64,000 nt of DNA from positions 26,416 through 90,415 of the forward strand of contig JASLMH010000001.1 of the NCBI GenBank assembly GCA_030746635.1, in the 5' to 3' direction. The translations under genes were made by a program, and so were the position numbers. The stretch is from Alphaproteobacteria bacterium. Its GTDB lineage: Bacteria > Pseudomonadota > Alphaproteobacteria > GCA-2731375. The notes below the pieces were generated by a model. The model had not been told where the DNA came from, made no database searches, and was given only the letters and a program-made list of their open reading frames with translations. Shown in pieces: positions 18,615-28,609 of this stretch (the stretch's first letter is position 1; each line of letters starts with the position of its first letter).

Positions 18615-18940
18615 CCCTTCGCCCTGCGGGCTTCGGGTGGCAGGCCACCCGAAACCGCATGTTGGGCGAAGGAGTGTCCTCCGAAGCCTTGGCGAAGGAG
18701 GACTGGTACCGTTTCTCCATCAAGGGCTGACGAACTGGCCCTTCGCTCTTCGAGCTTGCCCACTCCGCCGAAGTAGCCTTCGGCTACGAAGGCCGGGCGG
18801 GTGGCAAGCCACACGGAGTTCGTTAGACGAAGGAGTGTCCTCCGACCTTCAGTCGGCCGAAGCCGACTTTCGGTCGGCGAAGGCCGAAGCCTCCTGCCAG
18901 CCGTAGCCTCGGCGAAGGCTGGTGGCCAAGGGGGACTGGT
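18615..18940. repeat. Cluster of nested REP-like palindromes (two related units, the second carrying three extra hairpin modules)
   Basis: Two copies of cttcgc..gct-tcgggtggca.gcc followed by cgaaggagtgtcctccga-agcct-tggc.aagg.ggactggt. The second copy is interrupted at three places by CCG(A/T)AG-stem-CGAAGG hairpins. Confidence 0.85.
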
Positions 18941-19013
18941 GCAATTCCATCGTCAGAGGCCAGTCATCAAGACCTCGCGGGCCGCCAACCGGCCGATAAC
19001 AATCTTCGCCCGA

Positions 19014-19028
19014 TTAACCGCCGATTAA
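19014..19028. promoter_or_regulatory. CtrA-type box TTAA-N7-TTAA
   Basis: TTAAccgccgaTTAA, 70 nt upstream of the methyltransferase ORF. Confidence 0.55.
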
Positions 19029-19097
19029 GGCATTTGCCGCAGATTACGGCGGTGTATCCGTCATTTTTTCGGATGATGCCAAGACGGTGATGGAACC

Positions 19098-20045
19098 TTG
19101 CCCACGCTAGCGGAAGAAGAGGCCCCGGCGGCCGCCGGCATGCGGTCCCTGCTCAGCCGCCTGCATGCCTGGTGGGAAGGGGACGAGGTCGCCGGCGACG
19201 ACGCCGACGATCCGAACGGCCCGTCGGCGCTGCGGGGTGGCGGCAACGGCCAGTCGGCGATCGCCGATGGCTGGCCGCCACGCCGCCTGGAAGCGGTCCA
19301 ACGGATGTTCGCGCCGGGCTGCACCTTCCCGGGCGGCCGCCAGGAGGTGCTCCAGCAAATCGAACCCCTTGGCCTGGCCGAGGAGATGACGGTTCTCGAC
19401 ATCGCCGCCGGCATCGGCACGGCGGTGCGCATCATCGCCGAGGGGACCGGCGCCCGGGCCGACGGTCTGCAGGAAGACCCCAACCAACTGGAAATCGCCA
19501 ACAGGTTGGCGGCCGAAGCCGGCTTGGCCGACAAGGCCGTGCTGAAGCCGGGCGTCCTGGGCCATTGCGCCATTGAGCCGGAAAGCCGGGATGCCGTCTA
19601 CGGCCGCCAGGCGCTGCTGGAAGTCACCGACAAGGACGCGGCCTTTCGCGCCATCTGGGACTTGCTGAAACCCGGCGGCCAGGTGCTGTTGGTCGAATTC
19701 GCCGCCACCGGTACCGTGACCACCGAGGACATTCAGGAATGGGCCGGTTTCGAGAATATCCGGCCGCGATTGATCACCGCCGCCGAGACCAAGGAAAAGC
19801 TGGCCGCCGCGCATTTCCATGTCAACGCGGCCGAGGACATCACCGAGACCTATTGCCGCCAGGTGCTGCACGGCCTGGGCGGCATGGCCGATACCCTCAA
19901 GCAACGGCAATTGCCCAAGGAGTTGCGGTCCTGGGTCCTGTGGGAAGCGGAATTCTGGGCCCGCCGCGTCGGCATGCTGCAAAAAAGCGAGATCGGCATG
20001 TTCCGCTTCCACGCCAGCAAGGAAGTCAAGGACGCGGCGGCTTAG
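19098..20045 (+). CDS. Class I SAM-dependent methyltransferase (start uncertain)
   Basis: VLDIAAGIG motif I, LLKPGGQVLLVEF. Confidence 0.8.
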   Translation: MPTLAEEEAPAAAGMRSLLSRLHAWWEGDEVAGDDADDPNGPSALRGGGNGQSAIADGWPPRRLEAVQRMFAPGCTFPGGRQEVLQQIEPLGLAEEMTVLDIAAGIGTAVRIIAEGTGARADGLQEDPNQLEIANRLAAEAGLADKAVLKPGVLGHCAIEPESRDAVYGRQALLEVTDKDAAFRAIWDLLKPGGQVLLVEFAATGTVTTEDIQEWAGFENIRPRLITAAETKEKLAAAHFHVNAAEDITETYCRQVLHGLGGMADTLKQRQLPKELRSWVLWEAEFWARRVGMLQKSEIGMFRFHASKEVKDAAA

Positions 20046-20144
20046 CCCCTCATCGGCAGGGGACGGCGCGTTGACAGGCTGGGGGGCCATCTGTATGTTC
20101 CGCCGACCTTTGAGGCCGCCGGGAACCGGCAGAATGGTGTTGTC

Positions 20145-20270
20145 ATGAAAGTCGTGAATTCGTTGAAGACCATCAAGAAGCGTCACCGCGACTGCCGCGT
20201 CGTGCGTCGCAAGGGCCGCGTCTACGTGATCAACAAGACCAATCGCCGCTTCAAGGCGCGACAGGGCTGA
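20145..20270 (+). CDS. rpmJ: 50S ribosomal protein L36, zinc-free (type B)
   Basis: Below the ORF-track cutoff: [41 protein letters not shown]. Confidence 0.96.
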   Translation: MKVVNSLKTIKKRHRDCRVVRRKGRVYVINKTNRRFKARQG

Positions 20271-20304
20271 GCCGCGAAAAGGTCCTCGGCCCAGGCCGCA
20301 GCCA

Positions 20305-20331
20305 AGCCGCGCCCCAAGGGCGCGGTTTTTC
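20305..20331 (+). terminator. Intrinsic terminator after rpmJ
   Basis: agccgcgccc-caa-gggcgcggtt hairpin followed by a T-run. Confidence 0.75.
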
Positions 20332-20385
20332 GTTGTGCCATCGTTTGCTATTAATCAGGGGCCGCAACGGATAGGAGCCGCCGCC

Positions 20386-21870
20386 ATGCGCATGCCCGAA
20401 CCCGATGCCCAGGTGCTCGCCGACCGCGCCGGCCTGGTCGAGGCACTGCGCCGGATCGTCCCCGGCGAAGGGGTGATCGCCGACGATATCGAGCTTCGCG
20501 CCTATGAATCCGACGGCCTGACCGCCTATCGCCAGACACCCCTGGCGGTGGTGCTGCCCGCCAGCGTCAGCCAGGTCGCCGAGGTGCTGCGGCTGTGCGA
20601 GACGCGCGGCACCAAGGTGGTGCCGAGGGGGGCCGGCACCTCGCTCTCGGGCGGCGCCCTGCCGCTGGCCGACGGCATCATCCTGGGCCTGGGCAAGTTC
20701 AACCGGATCCTGGAAATCGATTACGAAAACCGGGCCGCCCGGGTACAACCCGGCGTCACCAACCTGGCCATCAGCCAGGCCGTCGATCATCAGGGCTTCT
20801 ACTACGCGCCCGATCCCTCCAGCCAGATCGCCTGCACCATCGGCGGCAACGTGGCGGAAAACGCCGGCGGCGTGCATTGCCTGAAATACGGCGTCACCAC
20901 CAACAACCTGCTCGGCCTGGAAATGGTGCTGTTGAACGGCGAGGTGATCCGGGTGGGTGGCAAGCACCTGGACGCCGGCGGCTACGACCTGCTGGGGTTG
21001 CTGACGGGTTCGGAAGGCCTGCTCGGGGTGATCACCGAGGTTACCGTGCGCATCCTGAAGAAACCGGAGACCGCCCGGGCCCTGCTGATCGCCTTCCCCA
21101 GTATCGACGCGGCCGGCGATTGCGTGGCCAAGGTGATCGGCGCCGGCATCATTCCCGGCGGCATGGAGATGATGGACAAACGGGCCACCGAGGCGGCCGA
21201 GGCCTTCTGCCATGCCGGCTATCCCCTGGAAGCCGAGGCCCTGTTGATCGTCGAGCTGGACGGCCCCCAGGCCGAAGTCGACCATTTGATCGACCGCGTC
21301 AGGGAGATCGCCGACGGCTGCGGCGCCAGCAGCCTGCGGGCCTCGGAAAACGAGGAGGAGCGCCTGCAGTTCTGGGCCGGCCGCAAGGCGGCGTTCCCCG
21401 CCGTCGGGCGGATCAGCCCGGACTATCTGTGCATGGACGGCACCATCCCGCGCAACCGCCTGCCCGAAGTCCTGACCCGCATCGCCGAACTGAGCGTCAA
21501 ACACGGCCTTCGCGTCGCCAACGTGTTCCACGCCGGCGACGGCAACCTGCACCCCTTGATCCTGTACGACGCCAACGCCGGCGAGCTGGCGGCGGCCGAA
21601 GCGTTCGGCGCCGACATCCTGCGCCTGTGCGTCGAGGTCGGCGGCGTGCTGACCGGCGAGCACGGCGTCGGCGTCGAAAAGCGCGATCTGATGGGGGTGA
21701 TGTTCAGCGAGGAAGACCTGAACCAGCAGCAGCGCCTGAAATGCGCCTTCGACCCCAGCGGCCAGCTGAATCCGGGCAAGGTGTTTCCGGAACTGCACCG
21801 TTGCGCCGAACTGAGCCAGATGCACGTGCACCAGGGCCAGTTGAAGTTTCCCGATCTGCCGCGTTTCTGA
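20386..21870 (+). CDS. glcD: Glycolate oxidase FAD-linked subunit
   Basis: PRGAGTSLSGGA, PDPSSQIACTIGGNVAENAGG, FHAGDGNLHP, GEHGVG. AGGAG RBS before ATG 20386. Confidence 0.95.
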   Translation: MRMPEPDAQVLADRAGLVEALRRIVPGEGVIADDIELRAYESDGLTAYRQTPLAVVLPASVSQVAEVLRLCETRGTKVVPRGAGTSLSGGALPLADGIILGLGKFNRILEIDYENRAARVQPGVTNLAISQAVDHQGFYYAPDPSSQIACTIGGNVAENAGGVHCLKYGVTTNNLLGLEMVLLNGEVIRVGGKHLDAGGYDLLGLLTGSEGLLGVITEVTVRILKKPETARALLIAFPSIDAAGDCVAKVIGAGIIPGGMEMMDKRATEAAEAFCHAGYPLEAEALLIVELDGPQAEVDHLIDRVREIADGCGASSLRASENEEERLQFWAGRKAAFPAVGRISPDYLCMDGTIPRNRLPEVLTRIAELSVKHGLRVANVFHAGDGNLHPLILYDANAGELAAAEAFGADILRLCVEVGGVLTGEHGVGVEKRDLMGVMFSEEDLNQQQRLKCAFDPSGQLNPGKVFPELHRCAELSQMHVHQGQLKFPDLPRF

Positions 21871-23096
21871 TGAGCGAGCTGCTGAAGCCGGGCGATGCCG
21901 CCCAGGTGCTGGAAGCGGTGCGCTGGGCGGCGGCCAGCGAAAAACCGCTGGAGGTGCTGGGCGGCGGCTCGAAACGCGGCCTGGGCCGGCCGAACCACGC
22001 CGGCCACCGACTGGACCTTACCGCCCTGAGCGGGGTCAGCCTGTACGAACCGGAGGAGTTGGTGCTGACCGCCTCGGCCGGCACCAGCCTGGGCGAAATC
22101 CAGGCCATGCTGGCCCAGCAACGCCAGCAACTGGCCTTCGAGCCGCCGGACCTGGCTGATCTGTACGGCGGCGATGGCGAGCAGACCATCGGCGGCGTGC
22201 TGGCCGCCAACCTGGCCGGCTCGCGCCGCATCAAGGCCGGCGCCGCCCGCGACCATCTACTCGGCGTCAAGGGCGTCTCGGGCCGGGGCGAGGAGTTCAA
22301 ATCCGGCGGCCGGGTGGTAAAGAACGTCACCGGCTATGACCTGTGCAAACTGATGGCCGGCAGCTTCGGCACCCTGGCGGCGATGACCGAGGTCACCGTC
22401 AAGGTGCTGCCGGCACCCGAGAAAACCCGCACCGTGCTGGCCTTTGGCCTGGCCGACGAGGCGGCCGTCGCGGCCCTGGCCCAGGCGGGAGGCAGCCCGC
22501 ACGAGGTCTCGGGCCTGGCCCACCTGCCGGCGGCGGTGGCGGCCCGCTCGGCCGTCTCCTACGTCAACGGCGCCAACGCCGCCGTCACCGCCGTGCGAAT
22601 CGAGGGGCCGGCGCCGTCGGTTGCGCACCGCACCGGGGCCCTGCGCGAACAATTGGCCGCCGTCGGCGCGGTGGAGGAGCTGCACGGCAGCAACAGCGCC
22701 GCCCTGTGGCGCGAGGTCGGAGCCGTCGCCGGCCTGCTGCCCGACACCGGGGCGGTGATCTGGAAGGTCTCGGTGCCCCCGATCGACGGCCCGGCGGTGG
22801 CTCGCCGGGTGCTGGCCGAGGGCGGCGAAGGCTATTACGACTGGGCCGGCGGCCTGGTCTGGCTGGCCCTGCCGCCGAGCGACGATGCCGGCGCCGATCT
22901 GGTGCGCGGCGCCGTGGCGGCGGTAGCGAGGGGCGGCGATGGTGGCCACGCCACCCTGATGCGGGCACCCGAGGCGATGCGCGGAGCCGTCGAGGTGTTC
23001 CAGCCGCCGATCCCGGCCCTGGCGGCGCTGCAAGGCCGCATCAAGGAGGCCTTCGATCCATTGGGCATTCTCAATCCAGGCCGGATGTATCCCTAG
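21870..23096 (+). CDS. glcE: Glycolate oxidase FAD-binding subunit
   Basis: C-terminal part of the track ORF 20595..23096, real start ATG 21870 (TGATG). [31 protein letters not shown]. Confidence 0.94.
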   Translation: MSELLKPGDAAQVLEAVRWAAASEKPLEVLGGGSKRGLGRPNHAGHRLDLTALSGVSLYEPEELVLTASAGTSLGEIQAMLAQQRQQLAFEPPDLADLYGGDGEQTIGGVLAANLAGSRRIKAGAARDHLLGVKGVSGRGEEFKSGGRVVKNVTGYDLCKLMAGSFGTLAAMTEVTVKVLPAPEKTRTVLAFGLADEAAVAALAQAGGSPHEVSGLAHLPAAVAARSAVSYVNGANAAVTAVRIEGPAPSVAHRTGALREQLAAVGAVEELHGSNSAALWREVGAVAGLLPDTGAVIWKVSVPPIDGPAVARRVLAEGGEGYYDWAGGLVWLALPPSDDAGADLVRGAVAAVARGGDGGHATLMRAPEAMRGAVEVFQPPIPALAALQGRIKEAFDPLGILNPGRMYP

Positions 23097-23098
23097 TC

Positions 23099-24391
23099 AT
23101 GCAGACCGAATTTTCCCCTGACCAACTGACCCGGCATGACCTGGCCGAGGCCGACCGGATCCTGCGGAGCTGCGTGCATTGCGGCTTCTGCACCGCCACC
23201 TGCCCGACCTACGTGCTGCTGGGCGATGAACTGGACAGCCCCCGCGGCCGCATCTACCTGATCAAGAACCTCCTCGAACAGGGCGGCCCGCCCGATGCCG
23301 CCACGGTCAAGCATGTCGACCGCTGCCTATCCTGCCTGTCCTGCATGACCACCTGTCCATCGGGCGTCGACTATATGCACCTGCTGGACAACGCCCGGGC
23401 CCGGATCGAGAACGAATACACCCGGCCACTGCCCGAGCGCCTGCTGCGCCGGCTGTTGGCCTGGCTGCTGCCCCGGCCCGGGCTGTTCCGCCTGGCACTA
23501 TCCTCGGCCCGGCTGGCCAGGCCCTTCGCCGGCCTGCTGCCCGGGCGCCTGCGGGGCATGCTGGGAATGGCACCGGCCAGCCTGCCGGCCCGATGGAATG
23601 GCGATCGACCGCAAGTGTTCCCGGCCCAGGGACAACGGCGAATGCGGGTCGCCCTGATGACCGGCTGCGCCCAGCAGGTCCTGGACCCGGCCATCAACCG
23701 GGCCACGGTGCGGCTGTTGACTCGGCTTGGCTGCGAGGTGGTGGTGGCGGCGGGCGCGGGCTGTTGCGGCGCCCTGACCCTGCACATGGGCCGCCGGGAC
23801 GATGCCCTGGAGAGCGCCAGGGCCAATATCGCCGCCTGGAACCGGGAACTGGCAGGTGACGGCCTGGAGGCGGTGGTGATCAACGCCTCGGGCTGCGGCA
23901 CCACGGTGAAGGACTATGGCCATCTGCTGGCCGGCGACCGGAACTGGGCCAAGCCGGCCCAAGCGATCGCCGGATTGACCGTCGATGTCAGTGAATTACT
24001 GCAACGGCTGGAGTTGCCAGCCGTCGAACAACCCAGCGGCCTGAAGGTGGCCTATCACGCCGCCTGCTCACTGCAACACGGCCAGCAAGTGCTGGCGCCG
24101 CCGAAGCAACTGCTGGCCGAGGCCGGCTTCCAGGTGGTCGAGGTACCCGAAGGGCACTTGTGCTGCGGCTCCGCCGGCACCTACAACCTGTTGCAGCCGG
24201 AGCTGGCCGATCAACTGCTGGCCCGCAAGGCCGACAACATCCGGAGCACGGCGCCGGATGTTGTCGCCGCCGGCAATATCGGCTGTCTGGTGCAACTGCG
24301 TGGCGGCCTGGATCTGCCGGTGGTGCACACCGTGGAACTGCTGGATTGGGCCACCGGCGGCCCGAAACCACCGGCGCTCACGGGGATATGA
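23099..24391 (+). CDS. glcF: Glycolate oxidase iron-sulfur subunit
   Basis: [24 protein letters not shown], two CCG domains. Real start ATG 23099 within track ORF 22343..24391. Confidence 0.95.
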   Translation: MQTEFSPDQLTRHDLAEADRILRSCVHCGFCTATCPTYVLLGDELDSPRGRIYLIKNLLEQGGPPDAATVKHVDRCLSCLSCMTTCPSGVDYMHLLDNARARIENEYTRPLPERLLRRLLAWLLPRPGLFRLALSSARLARPFAGLLPGRLRGMLGMAPASLPARWNGDRPQVFPAQGQRRMRVALMTGCAQQVLDPAINRATVRLLTRLGCEVVVAAGAGCCGALTLHMGRRDDALESARANIAAWNRELAGDGLEAVVINASGCGTTVKDYGHLLAGDRNWAKPAQAIAGLTVDVSELLQRLELPAVEQPSGLKVAYHAACSLQHGQQVLAPPKQLLAEAGFQVVEVPEGHLCCGSAGTYNLLQPELADQLLARKADNIRSTAPDVVAAGNIGCLVQLRGGLDLPVVHTVELLDWATGGPKPPALTGI

Positions 24392-24437
24392 AGGCGATTG
24401 GTTGGCCGCGGGCGCCCGCCCGGCTTATTCTGTCAAC

Positions 24438-24992
24438 ATGCGCCTGTTGATCAGCCTTTTCGCTTCCGGCTTGCTGCTGCTGGCAGCCGGCGATGCCCCG
24501 GCCGACCAGAAGGACCCCCGCCTGGACGAATTGTTCGGCCGCCTGCACAGCGTCGAGGACGGCAAGCAGGCCCGCCTGATCGAGGGCCTGATCTGGCGCG
24601 TCTGGCTGGAGACCGACAGCGCCACCGTCGATCTGCTGATGGGCCGGGCGGTCACTGCGATGTCGGCGGAACGCTACCGGGAGAGCCTGGAACTGCTGGA
24701 TACCATCGTCCAATTGGCGCCGGACTATGCCGAGGGTTGGAACAAGCGGGCCACGGTGCGCTACCTGATCGGCCAGGATCGGGCGGCGATCGCCGACGTC
24801 GAGCGGACCCTGGAGCTGGAGCCCCGGCATTTCGGCGCCCTCAGCGGCCTGGGCCTGATCCACAAGCGCCTGGAGAACGAGGCCGCCGCCCTGGAAGCCT
24901 TCGAGCAGGCCCTGGCGGTCAACCCCCATCTGGGCCACGCCCAGGCCGAGATCAAGCGCCTGAAACGCAAGGTCAAGGGCGAGAAGATCTGA
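24438..24992 (+). CDS. Exported tetratricopeptide-repeat protein
   Basis: Signal peptide, AEGWNKRAT, LELEPRHFGALSGLG. Confidence 0.85.
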   Translation: MRLLISLFASGLLLLAAGDAPADQKDPRLDELFGRLHSVEDGKQARLIEGLIWRVWLETDSATVDLLMGRAVTAMSAERYRESLELLDTIVQLAPDYAEGWNKRATVRYLIGQDRAAIADVERTLELEPRHFGALSGLGLIHKRLENEAAALEAFEQALAVNPHLGHAQAEIKRLKRKVKGEKI

Positions 24993-25008
24993 GCGCCGCT
25001 ACTTCGCC

Positions 25009-25449
25009 CTACTCCCGGCCGTAGGCGTCCAGGCCTTGACGGGCCAGGGCATCGGCGGCTTCGTTGCCGGGATCGCCGGCATGGCCCTTGACCCACAACC
25101 AATCCACCTGATGCCGGGCCAGGGCGGCCTCCAGCCGTAGCCACAGATCGGCGTTCTTCACCGGTTTCTTGGCGGCGGTCTTCCAGCCGTTGCGCTTCCA
25201 ATTGACGATCCATTGGGTGATGCCGTCGCGCAGATAGGTGCTGTCGGTGTGGACGGTCACCTGGCAGGGCCGCTTCAGGGCTTCCAGCGCCGCGATCGCC
25301 GCCGTCAGTTCCATGCGGTTGTTGGTGGTTTGGCTTTCGCCGCCCTTCAATTCCCGTTCGTGGTCGCCGTAGCGCAGCAGCGCGCCCCAGCCGCCCGGCC
25401 CCGGATTGCCGGAGCAGGCGCCGTCGGTATAGATCTCGACCTGGTCCAT
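25009..25449 (-). CDS. rnhA: Ribonuclease HI
   Basis: [40 protein letters not shown]. Confidence 0.97.
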   Translation of the reverse strand: MDQVEIYTDGACSGNPGPGGWGALLRYGDHERELKGGESQTTNNRMELTAAIAALEALKRPCQVTVHTDSTYLRDGITQWIVNWKRNGWKTAAKKPVKNADLWLRLEAALARHQVDWLWVKGHAGDPGNEAADALARQGLDAYGRE

Positions 25450-25453
25450 GCCG

Positions 25454-26416
25454 TCAATCGAGGCCATAGGCGCCCGGACCGTCGACCCGCTGGTGGAAGC
25501 GCATCTTGTGCAGGTATTCCAACGGATCCTTGGGCTTGACCATGGCCCCGTCGACCTGGTTCAGCCAGTCATACAGCCGCGTCAGCAGGAAGCGCAGGGC
25601 GGCGCCCCGGGCCAGGCGCGGCAGCGCCCGCAATTCCGCCTCGCTGACCGGGCGGACATCGCGGTAGGCCTGCAACAGCCGCCGCGCCTTGGTGATGTTG
25701 AACTCGGCGCCGCGTTCGAAGCACCAGGCGTTGAGGCAGATCGCCAGGTCGTAGGCCAGGGCATCGGTGCAGGCGAAATAGAAATCGATCAGGCCGGACA
25801 GTTTTTCGCCCATGAAAAACACGTTGTCCGGGAACAGATCGGCGTGGATCACCCCCCTCGGCAACGCCTCGGGCCAGTGATCGGCCAAATCCCGGTATTC
25901 CCGGGAAATTTCATCGCCCAGGCCGGCGGCGACCTCGTCGGCCCGATCCACCGTGGCCTCCAGCAGTTGCTGCCAGCCATCGATGGCCAAGGCATTGTGC
26001 CGGATATGGGGGAAATCCAGGCCGGCCAGGTGCATGCGGGCCAGGGCGGCGCCGACCTCGGCGCAATGCTCGGCCCTGGGCCGTTTCGGCCAGACCCCGC
26101 GCAGGAAGGTGACGATCGCCGCCGGCTTGCCCGCCAGGCGGCGCAGGGCGGCGCCGTCGCGGCCGTGGATCGGCGGCGGGCAGGGAATGTCCCGGGCCGA
26201 AAGATGGTCGAGTAGGGCCAGGAAGAACGGCAGATCGTCGGGATCGACGCGCTTCTCGTAGATCGTCAGGATGAAGCTGTCGCGTTCGGTCTGCAAAAGG
26301 AAGTTCGAATTCTCCACGCCCTCGGCGATGCCCTTGCAGGCGACCACCTCGCCGATGTCGTATTCGGCGACGAACCGCAACAGCTCGTCATCATCGATTT
26401 CGGTGTAGACCGCCAT
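25454..26416 (-). CDS. thrB: Homoserine kinase type II
   Basis: [35 protein letters not shown]. Confidence 0.95.
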   Translation of the reverse strand: MAVYTEIDDDELLRFVAEYDIGEVVACKGIAEGVENSNFLLQTERDSFILTIYEKRVDPDDLPFFLALLDHLSARDIPCPPPIHGRDGAALRRLAGKPAAIVTFLRGVWPKRPRAEHCAEVGAALARMHLAGLDFPHIRHNALAIDGWQQLLEATVDRADEVAAGLGDEISREYRDLADHWPEALPRGVIHADLFPDNVFFMGEKLSGLIDFYFACTDALAYDLAICLNAWCFERGAEFNITKARRLLQAYRDVRPVSEAELRALPRLARGAALRFLLTRLYDWLNQVDGAMVKPKDPLEYLHKMRFHQRVDGPGAYGLD

Positions 26417-26439
26417 GGCTATCGTACGCCGGGCCGGAT

Positions 26440-27384
26440 TTAAGCCCGCAACTCCCTGGGCAGTTTGAACTCGAGATCCTCGACGGCCGTGACCACCGGC
26501 TCAATGTGGACGTCGAACCTTTCGCGAAAGGCGTCGATGACCTCGTCGACCAGCACCTCCGGCGCCGAGGCGCCGGCGCTGATGCCGACCGTGGCGACGT
26601 CCCGCAGTTCCGCCCAATCGATGTCGTCGGCCCGCTGCACCAGCCGGCAATAGGCACAGCCGGCCCGCTCCGCCACCTCCACCAGGCGCCGGGAGTTCGA
26701 GGAATTCGGCGCCCCGATCACCAACAAGGCATCGCAGCGGCCGGCGATCGCCTTGACCGCGGCCTGGCGATTGGTGGTGGCATAGCAGATATCGTCCTTG
26801 CGCGGCCCGATGATGCCCGGGAAACGATCGCCCAGGGTCTCGACGGTGGCGGCGGTCTCGTCCACCGACAGGGTGGTCTGAGTGATATAGGCGACCTCGC
26901 CGTTGGCCGGCAGGGCCAGGGAGCGGGCCTCCTCGACCGTTTGCACCAGGCTCATCGCGCCCGCCGGCAACTGGCCCATGGTGCCCACGGCCTCCGGATG
27001 GCCGGCATGGCCCAGCATCACCACGTGGCGGCCCTTGGCGTGGTGCTGTTCGGCCTCGCGATGCACCTTGGTGACCAGCGGGCAGGTGGCGTCGAGGAAC
27101 CGCAGCCCCCGGCGCCGGGCCTCGTCGGGCACCGATTTTGGCACCCCGTGGGCCGAGAAGATCACCCGGGCGCCATCGGGCACCTCGTCCAATTCGTCGA
27201 CGAAAACCGCGCCGCGCCGTTCCAGGCCCTCGACCACGAAGCGGTTATGGACGATTTCGTGACGCACATGGATCGGCGGGCCGAACCGCTGCAGGGCCAG
27301 TTCGACGATTTGGATGGCCCGGTCGACACCGGCGCAAAAGCCCCGCGGCGCGGCCAACAGGATGTCGATCTTCGCTTGGCTCAT
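26440..27384 (-). CDS. ispH: 4-hydroxy-3-methylbut-2-enyl diphosphate reductase
   Basis: [43 protein letters not shown]. Confidence 0.96.
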   Translation of the reverse strand: MSQAKIDILLAAPRGFCAGVDRAIQIVELALQRFGPPIHVRHEIVHNRFVVEGLERRGAVFVDELDEVPDGARVIFSAHGVPKSVPDEARRRGLRFLDATCPLVTKVHREAEQHHAKGRHVVMLGHAGHPEAVGTMGQLPAGAMSLVQTVEEARSLALPANGEVAYITQTTLSVDETAATVETLGDRFPGIIGPRKDDICYATTNRQAAVKAIAGRCDALLVIGAPNSSNSRRLVEVAERAGCAYCRLVQRADDIDWAELRDVATVGISAGASAPEVLVDEVIDAFRERFDVHIEPVVTAVEDLEFKLPRELRA

Positions 27385-27617
27385 GTTCACCGATTCGGCG
27401 CCGGGCGCAACCCTCCGGCCCGCCGCCGCATGCCCCTTGTCCACCGGCCGCCGCTTCACTAAGTTGAGGCCCGCCCGCCAACCGACCCGGCGCCGGCGCG
27501 GGGTCGTGCCGCCGCCCGAACCTATTACAAAACGGCCCGCCGCAAAACAGCGTGATCCGCGAAAACAAGGCCATGCAGACATCGCGACAAAGGGGTAACG
27601 GCGAGGGGCGGCCGCGA

Positions 27618-28142
27618 ATGCGGCGGCTGATCCCGGCGGGTCTGCTGTTGCTGGCCATATCGGCGCTGCCGGGCTGCGGGCTGTTTCCGAGCGAGGAAGC
27701 CAGGCCATGCCCCCGGGTGTCGTTGCTGAACGATGCCGGTCGCCTGATCGCCTACCGCGAGGGCCCGGGCCGCGATCTGACCGACGTGCGCTACGAGGCG
27801 CGGGTGGAAGACGTCAACTGGGCCTGCGGCTACACCAAGAATCGACTGCGGGTGGCGGCCAAGATCGACATCGTCGCAACCCGGGGGCCGGCCTCGAGGC
27901 AAGGCAAGATCAGCGTGCCGTTCTTCGTGGCGATCACCGGCGGCGATCAGCAGATTCTCGCCAAGCAGGCCTTCAAAAGCGAACTGGTTTTTCCCAAGGG
28001 GCGCCGCCGCGCCGGCGTGCGCGAGGAGATCGAGCAGATCATCTTCCTGCGGGAAGGCGAAACCGGCGCCCACTACGAGATCATCGTCGGTCTGCAACTG
28101 TCCGAAGAGCAGCTTCGGCTGAATCGCCGCCGCCGCTTCTGA
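27618..28142 (+). CDS. Conserved lipoprotein of unknown function
   Basis: Lipobox LPGC, CPRV and C.Y motifs. Start uncertain (27552 or 27618). Confidence 0.7.
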   Translation: MRRLIPAGLLLLAISALPGCGLFPSEEARPCPRVSLLNDAGRLIAYREGPGRDLTDVRYEARVEDVNWACGYTKNRLRVAAKIDIVATRGPASRQGKISVPFFVAITGGDQQILAKQAFKSELVFPKGRRRAGVREEIEQIIFLREGETGAHYEIIVGLQLSEEQLRLNRRRRF

Positions 28143-28299
28143 GCCGGCCGGCCAACCGCCCCTCGGCACCGGTCCGACGGCGCGGATTTCCACGCCAACG
28201 GCCCCGCCGACGGGCTGCTCCGTTGACTCTCGGCCCCGGCCACCTATCATCGGCTCCGACGTCCGCCGGCCCGGTTAGTGGCACCGGCGGTGGGCGGCC

Positions 28300-28560
28300 A
28301 GACAGATGAACCCCGCGGGAGAGTTCGGCCGTGGGCCCGGTGGACCATCGGGCATGACGCGCCGGCGCCGAAGGAGCAAGCTCCCCGCAAACTCTCAGGC
28401 AACGGGACCGCGGGGCGATGTCACTCTGGAAAGCAGGCGCGGCCACGAACGCGGCTTCCGCGTAGTACGCGCCTCACCGAAGGGGCGAGGTCCCGATGCC
28501 GGCGATGACCGCATGGCCGGCGGCGGGATGAACTCTCTCAGGTCCGACGACAGATCGGGG
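28300..28560 (+). ncRNA. Tandem glycine riboswitch
   Basis: Aptamer 1: ccccgcgggagag...ccgaaggagcaa...aactctcagg...ggaccgcgggg. Aptamer 2: ctctggaaag...ccgaaggggcga...ctctcaggt...gacaga. Directly upstream of gcvT. Confidence 0.92.
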
Positions 28561-28609
28561 GCGGTGGAACCAATGGCTGGTTCCACGCTGCTTGCTGTCG
28601 GAGGACCGA

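Noticed and set aside
18615-18940. Possible CRISPR array
   Set aside because: Repeats are nested and variable with no regular repeat-spacer period, and there are no cas genes.
18538-19000. tRNA-Val as a prophage or island attachment site
   Set aside because: No integrase and no duplicate of the tRNA 3' end seen in the window.
20595-24391. Very long track ORFs (833 aa and 682 aa) suggesting giant fusion proteins
   Set aside because: Their N-terminal parts are off-frame shadows of glcD and glcE in GC-rich DNA. The real genes start at 21870 and 23099.
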